A stretch of DNA of 64,000 nucleotides from Dipteris shenzhenensis (lineage: Eukaryota), in the NCBI GenBank assembly GCA_047967505.1, contig CM106538.1. One strand, written 5' to 3'. The notes beneath the pieces are model-generated. The model saw only the letters and a list, made by a program, of their open reading frames with translations, ran no database searches and was not told the origin of the DNA. Made by a program: the position numbers and the translations under genes. Of the stretch, positions 1 through 11,104 are shown piece by piece. The stretch's first letter is position 1; every line of letters starts with the position of its first letter.

Positions 1-1164
1 CATTCTGCATCCAACAAGGATCCCAAACCAGCCTGTGTGCACCGCAGACGAGTTCTCTCTCAATTCTATTTTGTGCAGAACTGAGCTAAACCGTGAGACG
101 TAATCTTAAAAAATAGGACAACAGATACAGATCCCCTTGCACATGAAAGTACAACCTCATTTTCAATGACCTCCTTCCTTGTAATATGTATACCACTCTT
201 AAATCTCATTCAAATCTTTTAGGAGATAAGCCTTGTACTTCGCATATCTGTATAGAAGTTATACCAGAACATAGCCTGCTATTCGAAAGTTCCCTCCTCC
301 ATGTTTCTTTGTGGAGGCTTCAAATACATCGATGGGTCCCAAAAGGTGGGGATTAGTAATCATAACTTTCTTTCATCCTATCCCATATATATACCTTTAA
401 AAGACTCGAATAGATTCAATCTTATAAATCACAATTTTTTTATAGAACAAGCAAAAGAAAGCGACTTTAGACAAACTTAGGAGTAAATGAGAAAAATAAA
501 AATAAGGATAACTTAGTCAGCAAAGCTACGCTTATGTTTACATCAGTACCCAAGCAAAAACTGCCATCTGGGTTTTGAAAGATTCCGGAATCCCTTGGGT
601 AAAATCCTATCCCATATGCCTAGACCCTAGGGACTTCATAAAATCAATCCTTCAGGGCCAGAAATCGTTAGATAACCAAAGGACAACAGAGACTTACAAA
701 GCTCTTCGAGATAACAGAAGCAAGAACATGTGCAAGATAAGAAGGCCCATAAATGCATCAAGCCTCTCTGCGATTGATTGTACATGCATTTAGAGATGCT
801 ACCGAAGCGCTAGCGTAAGACTCGAGGCAGGTACAACCTTCTTTAAGAATCCAACGCCAATAATGCGCAGCTATTGCGTAGAGATAAAATTGCAGCCCAT
901 AAATTATGCTTAAACATAGCGAGGGTAAGAGCTCTACAGTCATGACCGTCGAAAATAAGACGGAGCGAATTGGGAAAGACGTGGGGCAAGACCCTGTAAC
1001 AAAGGTCAAGTCGGAGTGAGGTAGTGTAGAAGAGCACTATGCGACCTCTGCAGAAGGATGAATGAGCGAGCGAGACTGTCCTTCGTTATACTTTTCATAT
1101 AGATGCACCTTTCCTAAATTTAGAGTAACAAATAACACTGGTAAAGGAGAGAGAATAGGCGCAC

Positions 1165-1484
1165 CTTGAAGCCAGGTAACACAGCGCTGCATTGGAGCAA
1201 TGACGAGTGGAAAGCTCGCGCATATTCCCACAGCTCCGATCGACTACCAATTTGATAATATAATCAATTTTCTTCTCGAAAGACGGCTGCCACCACATGG
1301 AAGTCTCCTCTCTCTTCCGGAAGGAATCTTCCATATTCACGCACTCCCAACAAGCAGAATCGGCGGACGCTCTTCTCCAAGTCTTGCAAACCAGCGGCAC
1401 GGAGAGGTAGAGGTCCTCGAAGCCCACTCTCTTGAAAATCTCCACAAGGGCTTCGTGGGTGAGGTCGGCCCAGGAAGCATCCAT
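1165..1484 (-). CDS. F-box protein, SKIP1-like (first coding exon; remaining exons not identified, probably left of the window)
   Basis: ATG at 1484; F-box WADLTHEALVEIFKRV...VPLVCKTWRRA then WWQPSFEKKIDYIIKLVVDRSCGNMRELSTRHCSNAALCYLASR, closely resembling the Arabidopsis SKIP1 N-terminus as I recall it; donor AAG|GTGCGC at 1165/1164. Confidence 0.85.
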
Positions 1485-1868
1485 ACCCACAAAGCGGGAA
1501 GGCTCTCTTTGGGATCGGAATGAGCAAGAGAAACTTGGAAATTGAATACGATGGACAGATGAAGAGCTTGAGACAATTTGCGAGGTTACTGACAGCTACA
1601 ATTTGCCGTTTTTTTCAGCCATATCCAGTAACAGAAGGTCGGAGCCAACGGAGAGAGCTTACAAATTACTGTCTTTGCAGTGTAGAGCAGCTGTCAACGT
1701 GCAATTCCAAAAGTCCAAAGGGAAAATTCCATCACCCACAAACTTCCAACAGAAGAACAACCAAAACAAAAATTCCCGCGAGATCCGATGCTCTTATCGA
1801 TGTTTAGAATGCTTTACAATACTCCCTATGCATCTCTTTCTTCTTCTCTGCCCAACAATTCTCTTTCA

Positions 1869-1920
1869 CGCCGCCGCCGCTGCTGCTGCTGCTGCTGCTT
1901 CTTCTTCTTCTTCTTCTCTG
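1869..1920. repeat. Compound trinucleotide SSR (GCC)n(GCT)n(TCT)n
   Basis: Directly visible. Confidence 0.9.
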
Positions 1921-2247
1921 TCCACTGATTCTCTCTCTCTCTTCTTCTTACCCAACGACTTCCTCTTCTTCTTCACAATTCTCCCTGCCCACCATAATCT
2001 CTCTGTGGTGCGCTTTATCACATTCACGTATCTCTTGGGAGCGCCTAGTAGGGCAGGCTCTGATGTGGATAAGACTTGGATTTATCATCATCAGATTTTT
2101 TACCGATGAACGTGAACGAACGTGTGGAGCCGTAGAACATCAAAAGATGTAGATTAGAAGACATATATACACAATACAAATCACTATCAAGATCATATAG
2201 TAAAGGATATAATATCAAATAATGGGAGGGATGTGTCCCTTCCGTGG

Positions 2248-2323
2248 GTGCCAAGAATATTGACACCAAAAAAATATTAATGCTAAGAATATTAGCGCAT
2301 AGAATATTAGTGCCGAGAATAAG
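2248..2323 (+). repeat. Five degenerate ~15-bp tandem units (core AGAATATTA)
   Basis: gtgccaagaatattg / acaccaaaaaaatatta / atgctaagaatatta / gcgcatagaatatta / gtgccgagaataag. Confidence 0.75.
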
Positions 2324-2390
2324 TCTTGCGAATGGATAAAATACTGGCATATTACCTGAATGTCAGTAGTCGAAATCGTAGTCGAACGTC

Positions 2391-5300
2391 GATAAAATCA
2401 CTACAAGTCATGCGCTACTATGTGATGAAGTTAACATTGATTCAAAATGGACCATCAAGATTAAAGATATCGCAAGAAGTGAGTCCAACGAGGAATGTGT
2501 TGAAATGCTTGGGATTGATAACAATAAGAAACCTATCGTTTATATTGTTATGGAAGAGAAGTTCTCTTTGAAAGCTGTTACTCCACCCGCTGTAGCGGAA
2601 TAATTAAAATAAATCAAAGAGGAAGGGAAGGTTAGTTACTATTTATAAGTATTTTCTAATTTTCTTTGTTTATGTAATTTCTTTGGAATACTATGAGAGA
2701 TTCAATTTTGTTTTGTGTGTCCAAGATCTTATTTATCACTTGACAAATCAAATTGTGGAGGTTGATGAAATAATCGAGGAGATGGAGGTATCAACTTCCA
2801 ATAGTGATTCTGACGAGCATATAGAGGAGGGTTATGAAGAAGATACCATAACATCACCAATCAAACCAAGAGGTTCTTCAAAGTCAAAAGGAAAGGAATC
2901 TTCTCGTGTTGAAGCTGAAAAATTTGGCTCTAATACACAAGGATTAAGAACTCCCACGGGTTCACATGGATTGAGAGCACCTTCTCTTTTAGGCCATCAT
3001 GGATTGAGTGCACCCCCAAGTGGGCATGGTTTGAGCGCCCCCCCAAGTAGGCATGGTTTGAGCACACCGCTCCCAAAAAAATGACCTCTATTGGCTGCAA
3101 GTGCATTTCCTCTTGAGTCTTATGAGGATGTTGTCGAGGAGACTCCATCTATTGCACAAGGGAAAAAATAGAGTAAACCGGGATCAGAGGCTCCAAGGAG
3201 AGTATAGCCATTGGATATCATTGAAATCCCAACCAATGGTGAGCTACAAGTACCAGGAGTTAACATTGGAGATGGCACCTCAGATACACAACAAAATAGA
3301 GTCTGAGCAAAGGTACAACGAGATAACCTTGTGGATCGATAGACTTTCTTCTTGCACATTGATCATGTTATCAGACCTCCTATTGATCCTAGGACTGGCC
3401 TTCGGCCATTTGAGGTGCGAAAAATACATCCTTTTCATATTGAGAATTTGAAGTCACGAATGAAGGACAATCTGCATGCACAAGTTGTGAACTACATTGT
3501 GCTTGTGGATCCAAAAGATTGTCCAGACAAGACATCTATTGATTGTCGGAAAGCAAATGATTATAACTACTTTGTTCTTGGAGTCCCATTCAGCAGAGGC
3601 AAAAAGGTAGTTGAATATTGAGTTTCCGCGCAACTCTCATTACAAGACATGTAATTGTACAGTTTATGCTGGTTTGACTGATTCGAAGGCAAACTTTCTA
3701 GCTTTTGATCACAATAATGACAATGAGTATAGAAAGTCCATGTCTTGGATAGAACAGGTTCATTTCTATCACAATGAGTTCATTATGAAACTCAATGAGG
3801 ATCGTTCTTTGATCACTCCAAAGTTTCGCTTGTCTTTGTTGAATGAGACTCGGATTTCTACAACAATTAAAGATCCGTCAAGGCCAAGTGGCAGCTTCAG
3901 ATCATGGGACGGGATGTTTCAAATTGCATTTCATAGTGGAGAAGTTTGGGTTTTGATAAATGCAATTTTTTCCAAGTGGGAGAATTTTGAAATCAAAGGG
4001 CAGAAAAAACTCATACCTAAAGGAGTCGAGAAAGAAACCTAGACGTTGAAGGCATTACTTGGAGAAGTTCGAGCCACAGCATGGAAGAGCATGCAGGGAA
4101 TTAAAGATGAGATTCTAATTAAGTCTGTGCTTGGCAGAGTGGTGTCTAGGGATCTCTCTTTGGATGAAATGGGCAATGAATTTGATGAGTAATTAAACTT
4201 CTCTCTTTTGCATCATCTCTCTTTGATTTTACATTAATCTCTTTACAATAATGTTTCAATAGACTTTGTTTCAACTGTAAAAGTGAGAAGAATTTTACAT
4301 GTGTTTTCAATGCAAGCATAAAATATACATGAGAATGCAAGAAGCAATGATCTGGCAATTGAACATGCCGGATTGGAATGCTGTTCGGGAGGAGTATCCA
4401 GAGAGTAGAAGGATGGAGAGCTTGGCTCCATATTTCAATGTATTCAAAAGCATGGTATGTCAAATTTGGTATACATATTCTAATGGAATTTTTTCTTTTG
4501 AATTGTAGATTTGAATGTTTAAAATATTGAATTGTTATTTTGACAATAACCTTCAGAAAAGAGGTAAGAAGGGATCTGAGAGTAGTATGATGCCTGCAAG
4601 CTTTAAGCAATTGATTGACTGGGCTGCAAAAGAAAAAGAGCGTCGAACTCGACAACAATCTCTCACTCTTAGTGATGACATGTTAGAGTTTGACAAGGGG
4701 GAAAACCATCCACCAAACTTTTATCGTGTGCTCAACGGAGATTGCAATGAATTGTCGAAGATAGTTCCAAAGTATGAGTACACGTCAGTCATTGTAGACA
4801 TACCATACGGATTTAATATTCTCGGATCCACCTTTGATGAGGTCCCTTACAAAGCAAAGGAACTAATGAGTCTTCTTGACCAGTTCATGTCAATTACGTC
4901 GGCAACGCTTTGGTGTGTCATAACTTTTCATTCAGACTTGCAGTCTGGGGCAGTGATGAGTGTCATCAATGATAAATGTGCTGGACGTGACCACCTTTAT
5001 TGGTGAGTGCAGCAATAAAATGCAAAGATTTTTTGGGGTCAATTATTATTATTATAATTGTATTTTCTTTTGATAAATTTAAAACTTATTTTTATTGCAT
5101 GTCATAGGATGAAACCCAATGTGAGACAAATGAAAGGACATTGATTCACATCTGCTATAGAAAACATTTTAGTTGGGTATTGGTCTGTGGATGGAAAAAA
5201 ATATATTGGTCACATCAATTTTTCCTCATCTACTCCATTTACCCCTGATCATTTCATTATTCCAGATGTGACGAAGAAGCTCATGCATGTGACCATGGAT

Positions 5301-5768
5301 AAGAATGGGGAGATAGTAATTCCTTATCAAAAACCACAACTCCTAATTAATCAGCTCATAGATCTATTTTCAAATGAGCATGAGTGGGTGCTCAATCTAT
5401 TTGCTAGTTCAGGCACAGTCACAACATGTGCCTTAAAAAAGGGTCGAAATGTAATTGCAGTTGAAAAAGATCCTATTCAATGTGATTACATAAAGAAGAG
5501 AGTGATTGCTATTCATCACTTGCCTGATGAGCATAAGGAGCTTGGTTTGAAAGGTGGGAAGTTCGATGCAGATTTAGTGGTAGCCTCGTCACGGGAACCC
5601 CAACCTCCTGAGATATTGAAACCCGTTTTTACGGAGGCAGGCGAGCTAGCTGATACATGGGAGAAGGAGGTTGTGAAAGAGAAAGTGATTGAGAAACCCA
5701 TACAAGAAACCCAGACTAGGGAGGGTGATGAAGATGAGGTAGATGACACATATGAGAGAATTGAATAG
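2391..5768 (+). pseudogene. Intron-containing ParB/Srx-like domain + beta-class N6-adenine/N4-cytosine DNA methyltransferase fusion, inactivated
   Basis: Reassembled exons ~2391-2630, 2761-4188, 4316-4454, 4557-5002, 5108-5768; introns start GT and end AG except 4189-4315 (ends CAA). Motifs: VLNGDC, VIVDIPY (4797-4808), LYW|MKPN, ENILVG, PYQKPQLLINQLIDLFS, WVLNLFASSGTVTTCALKKGRNVIAVEKD; ParB-like FVLG(G)SHSAEA across a frameshift at ~3583. Ten in-frame stops; true start not located. Confidence 0.85.
2938..3075 (+). repeat. ~27-bp coding tandem repeat (HGLSAPPSG-like, 5 copies) in the low-complexity N-terminal part of the methyltransferase gene
   Basis: QGLRTPTGS HGLRAPSLLGH HGLSAPPSG HGLSAPPSR HGLSTPLP in ORF 2683..3084. 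Confidence 0.85.
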
Positions 5769-6085
5769 ACTCTAGTTATGGATTTGTATTGCTAGTTTTT
5801 TGTATTTGAATGGTTTCAATAGACAAGTGTTCTTAAGACATATTAGACTCCTTATGCTTTGAATGTTTTGAACATTTAGTTGTTCCCATTAATTTGTTGT
5901 TAGGGATGGTTATGAAGATAATGTAGATGACACATATGGGAGAATTGAGTAGACTCCAATTATGGAATTATATTGACAATTTTGTGATTTTGAATTGTTT
6001 CAATAGACAAGTGTTCTTGAGACATTTGAGAATCCATATGCGTTGAATGTTTTGAAGGAGGCATTTACTTTTTCCCATTAATTTG
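5717..6085 (+). repeat. Diverged tandem duplication (~184 bp x2) spanning the methyltransferase stop codon and 3' UTR
   Basis: 5717-5900 vs 5901-6085 share gtagatgacacatatg.gagaattga.tagactc, ttcaatagacaagtgttctt, cccattaatttg. Confidence 0.85.
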
Positions 6086-8698
6086 ATGATATTTTTTTAC
6101 TCTTTCAGTATTTTATGTGATAGTACAAAGTTTAACTTCAGAATTTTGATAAGGTTATGTTACTACATGCAGGATTGAAAGTTGTATCATGTAGTTTTTC
6201 TATTGAAAATAAAAGGTCAAAGGAAGGAAAAAAATTACAAACTTCTTGATTTTTCTAAATACATTGACATTGTCCTCTGTAGTCGAGGTCCTTCATAATT
6301 TGCGAGCATTATGTACCAAAATTGATAGGATTTTAAGTGTTTTGAAAAATTCACTACGCAAAATATGACCTTTTTTTGAAAAAGTTATAATTTTAATGAA
6401 TTTTTGAGGGAATTTTAAAACGGGTACCAATGTTACATCCCTGAATTAGATGTTACACTGTTCACACATCCTATAATCACAACTTGTGATTTTCAAAAAG
6501 CGAGCTAGCTTTGGAAGAATCCTTTTGGGTCAAATGGAAGCCCTCTTTTAGGCCTTTAAATCAATCTAAAATCAAGGGCTCAAACTTCTACACATGGCTC
6601 AATGAGGACTCAAGAAAACCAAACTTCCCCCTAGGCTACCTGTTGTAAAAAGCTCAACTTGAAGAAGCTTACTTTCTGATGAAGGAATACATGATGAATG
6701 AACTAAGGCATGAAGAGCCCATCATGTGGCAGTGACAACATAGCTACTACTAGCTCAATTGCAATCACGTCTCCAGTAAACTCATAAAACATCAATAAAC
6801 AAGTAGCACCTCCTCCTTCGTAGATTGCAAATTGGGATTCTTCAACTATGTGCAAAATTTCACAAGCAATTCAAAATTGTCACCCGGTGCACATCCCTTT
6901 GCTTTGCAAGACACTATCTTTCACAAGAGAGGAGTGAATAAAACTTGCTATGTGGCGAAGCTTCAAAGAGAGGCATCGTTGAGAAGAACGTGATACATAG
7001 CCATAACTTATGAGAAACACTTGATGTGAGACTAAAAGAACTACCTTTATGTCTCATCAATTATCGTCAAGCTAGCTAAAGGAGATGAACCAGGGTTTAA
7101 ACCTTTTGTTTTATTATTCTTCCTTTCTATCACAGACTATGATAGAGTTTCACAAGGCCATGAAACTCTCCTCTGTGCTCTTAAATTGCCTTGAAGTAGG
7201 TAATGGCTTCATCAGATATCACTTTCTTGAGATAAGCAAGGGCATCTCTACATGAAATGGGAAAATAGGACCCCCTACTTGCTTCCTTCTTTGCAAAGAG
7301 TACCTTTTTAGGATTGATTGCCATTGCAAATGCAAGAAAAGGGGTGGGGTGAGGAGATTGAATGGACTTTTTTCTCCACCAACAATGAGACAAAATGTGA
7401 TTCCTCTTTTGTAAAGAAGAAGAAGAAGATGAAGAAAAGAATTAGGACAATTCCATCATGGATGGTTCTGCAAGGGCTTGGAATCAACTTGTTGGTTTTC
7501 GTTTATATTGTACAACAAAATACCTATTGTCATAGGCATGAGTATGTTTACAAAAAGGCACATAGTGGGTCTAGAAGAGAAATGATGATAATTGAACATT
7601 GGAGAATGTTTCCTATGCTTGGTATTGTTGATATGGACACAGGGCAATCTTCTCTGACATAGCTACTTTCGTAAAAACAATCAAACGGATGCTCAAATTG
7701 ATACCATTTATGTTTTCCCTTAAGAATATCAAAGCCCCTCCCAAGTACTAACATGACAATAAAGGATAAATAATGTAAACAAGGACTCATGTTGACACAC
7801 TCAATAGGGCTTGCCTATGGAGATTCTCAAACTTTCCCCCGAAGTAAATGCTACCGTTTCTTGACCACACTCTTTGTTTTATGATGATTCTTTCATATCT
7901 CCGAGTTGTTGAAGACAGAAGGGAACGTCTCCCCTTTTTTTCTAGCTTTGCTACTTCCCATTCAACGGCTTTTGTTTTTGAAAATGCTGAATATATATTA
8001 CAAAAAGGGGTGGTCAACCCCTTTTCGTAATATATTGACATTGCTACTTCCCATTTAATTGCATTGTTGTGCTCTTAGGTTTAAGAGGAGCTCCTCGCGC
8101 CAGCCAGTGGCGTTGGGGAGGATATATTCACATCCCCGTGGGTGCAGAATGCTGAACGATGGAGTTTTCTTGGCAGTGGACTGCTACGCTAGACGCTTGG
8201 ATTTCTGGAATTCCAGGCCAGCATTTGGCTGCTGGACTGGTTCAACCTGTAAAACGGGGCATTTATTGTTGCAAGTCTTCATCTTTGGCGGCGGAGAAAG
8301 GCATCTCCAACGTGGTGGAGACCTGCAAAGCGAGATCTGCAAAGCAGGTTCCACCCGAAGTAGCCTGGAGGATCTGTCCAAAATATCTAGCAGCCGACAT
8401 CGGGGAACGCAAATAGAAGGTAAGTTTCGCCTCTTGAATCGGTGCCCTCCCTAGCTTCATCTCCGACGCGGGGAGGCCCTCTTACATTAGACCCTTCGAT
8501 CTTGATCTGCCAGCCAATCAAAAGATGGCAGCTTTCATGCAGAGCTCCCTTCAAGCAATCAGACCTCGATTTCCAACACCTTCCGTCGCTTATTAAATGC
8601 ATGACGCTTCTTCACCATTTCAGAGTGTGAACAAATTTGCCTTATGGCACAAAAGGCGCAGTAGCTGCTCGTGTGGACTAAATAAATGGAAGCGGTTG

Positions 8699-8766
8699 CA
8701 TGATATATGAATTGCCTGACGAAACTCGTCCACATGATATATGAATTGCCTGACGAAACTCGTCCA
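8699..8766. repeat. Perfect 34-bp tandem duplication
   Basis: catgatatatgaattgcctgacgaaactcgtcca x2. Confidence 0.95.
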
Positions 8767-9726
8767 CGCTCTAGGTTTCAGCAAGGCCTCACGGTTTCAT
8801 CTTGGTAGGTTCTCAAGTTGGCTGCAGGTCCTAATACTGCCCACTCGGCATGTGGTGTCGAAGTTCGCCAATGCTGTAGACAGCAGCGTGGAGGCACTAG
8901 ATTTTGCAGAGTAATCGATATGGTCTCCATGCAGAACACGTCCCCATCGAGCCGAACTTGAGTCTGAACGTCCGGCGCCAACCCATCCATCCCCTTGAAT
9001 GAGCGGGAATTGAGCTTAGTCCCCGTCAACAGGTTGGAAACTTCTCCATGGGGAGATTGGAATGCGCAAAATGTATCGAACTTCGCTTCATGGGGCCTGC
9101 TTTAGTATGTTTGTTAGCGCTGATTTTGCGTTGCAGAGCTGGGTGCGCCGGGTTTGCATCGCCAAACGCATAAATTATGCTGAGAGCGAGAGAGTGTTGA
9201 TGAGAGTGGAGGATCGGTACCAGGAACTCGGATGCAAAAGCTTTTTGCTTGGTATGTTACGGTGCGATTTTCAGTTCAAGTCGTGTGTCATTTTCTTTCT
9301 TCGATAGAAATTATTTTCGCGTGCGAAACAAGTCTGCAATGCCGCCATACATACGTACATAGGCATCAAGATCCTTTTCTTGATTTTGTGAGTGGGGTGA
9401 GGGACCTCCCACCCTTTGTTATTGGCTCCTAGCACGGATTGCCAAAAACAACTAAGATAAAAGGAGCGTTAAAGAGGTCCGTGCCTTTACAATGTCAGCA
9501 GCTCCCAATAAAGAGGCTGAAAAAAGGCAAGATATGCTTATTTGTCAAGCTCATAGAAAAAGTTTATACAGGTAACACTTGGGGGAGTGCCAACCTACTT
9601 TTTGGCCGGCCCTCAAGATGCAATTTTGGGAAAGCAGAAATTAGGCATTTCTTGAATTTTTTGGAAGTGCATTTTTCCTATTGGCTCTTCTTCATTGGAC
9701 TTCAATGTAGACTTTAAAGTGGTTGA

Positions 9727-9730
<4 letters not shown>

Positions 9731-9773
<43 letters not shown>

Positions 9774-9857
9774 CCCTTCTTTATCTCCTCAAGTCTTCTT
9801 ATGGAGGATCTCGACCTTTTCTCCCTTACGCAAGATCTCCACCTTTTCTCCCACACC

Positions 9858-9903
<46 letters not shown>
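9731..9903. repeat. Two (CT)n microsatellites
   Basis: 9731-9769 and 9859-9903. Confidence 0.95.
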
Positions 9904-9907
<4 letters not shown>

Positions 9908-10940
9908 CCCCTTTATCTCCTCTAGTCTTCCTCCACACCATTTTCAGTGGATTCCTTTTTGCTTACTTCTTTTATCTTGGGCAGGCCTTATGAATGATTG
10001 AATATCATTCACCTTGTTTGCAAGAGGGGTAGGGCTTAGTGATTGTTTGAGAAAAATCACGATTTTTTCTCATTTTTGCATGTCTTGGTTTTTGTGTGCT
10101 CGGGGTTGGTACACCTGTTTCCATCCTTTTTTAGCGGAGAGAATGTCTCTTGGTTGTTTGCGTGGAATTCCCTCCCCTCCTCCTTCAGCGGAGAGAATGT
10201 CTCTCGCCTGTTTCCGTGGTACAACTCTTGGGCAGACAACGTCTCCCATGTTAGTGTTCAAGTTTGTGAGGTTTGTTGGTTTTTAGTTGAGCTCGCAGCA
10301 TTTGTCGCTTGAAGATCATTGGGTTTGTGTTAATGTTGTAGCACATTATTTCTGGCCAATCTAATTTTGCTTGCTCCCTCAATCTCTTGTAGTCGTTAGA
10401 TCCTTGCATACTATCTAGAATTCACATTACAAAAGGAAAATTTTGACGTACCATGATACATACGCTTTGTGTGGTGAGTATCGTCATTCGTGGGCTACTT
10501 GCCATAGTCTTGCCATCAATGTCCATTGTGCCCATTCCTGCCTCATTGATAGGCTAATGCTCGAGTTTTGTCTGTTTTTTACCTTTGGCAATTGCACCAC
10601 CCCCAGTTTGTGTTGTGACCAGATCTTTTCCTCCCAATTGAAAACCATTAACAAATATTGGAATCTTAAACACATGTTTTGCGAAGTGCGCCTTTATTTC
10701 CATCTCTTGTCATAATTAGAACTATTATAAGATAGTATGTCGACTTCCCAACTGGAATCGAAAGAAGTGTACTACTAGAGTGTAGGAGTAAAGTGCCGCT
10801 GCCCGTAGACCTATTGCCACTGTTGGTAAGAAAAATAATTTCTCAAAAATATGATATTATTGTACATACAACATCTGAGTAACAGATATGCGCAGAAGAG
10901 GAGATTGGAATTTGGGCAGTCGGGAATACTCATAAGAAAA

Positions 10941-11104
10941 AGAACTTCTCGAATAAATAGAATGTTATTGTATGTTCAATATCACAGAATAACATATGTT
11001 CATCAATATGCACAGAAGAGGAGAACTTCTCAAACAAATTGGATACTGTTGTGTGTTCAATATCACAAAATAACATACATTCATCAATATGTGCAGAAGA
11101 GGAG
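10941..11104. repeat. ~81-bp diverged tandem repeat (2 copies plus a partial upstream copy)
   Basis: agaacttctc...gttcaatatcaca...ttcatcaatatg..cagaagaggag repeated. Confidence 0.75.

Noticed and set aside
843-1047. Candidate exon 2 of the F-box gene after TGCAG
   Set aside because: The in-frame translation does not resemble the leucine-rich repeats expected next in SKIP1-like proteins
1603-2109. 168-aa ORF with poly-Ala/Ser
   Set aside because: Explained by SSRs and low complexity; non-ATG start
2248-2323. Short repeat array as CRISPR-like
   Set aside because: Contiguous tandem units without unique spacers; eukaryotic context, no cas genes
2399-2410. CACTACAAG as a CACTA terminal repeat
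   Set aside because: Lies inside the reconstructed reading frame and no nearby complementary end or TSD was found
6450-7400. Possible degraded coding sequence on the - strand next to the MTase gene
   Set aside because: Could not recognise transposase or other motifs; needs BLASTX
8699-8766. CTGACGA...GAAAC resembling a hammerhead ribozyme core
   Set aside because: No stem II can form between the motifs; they overlap within one 34-bp duplicated unit
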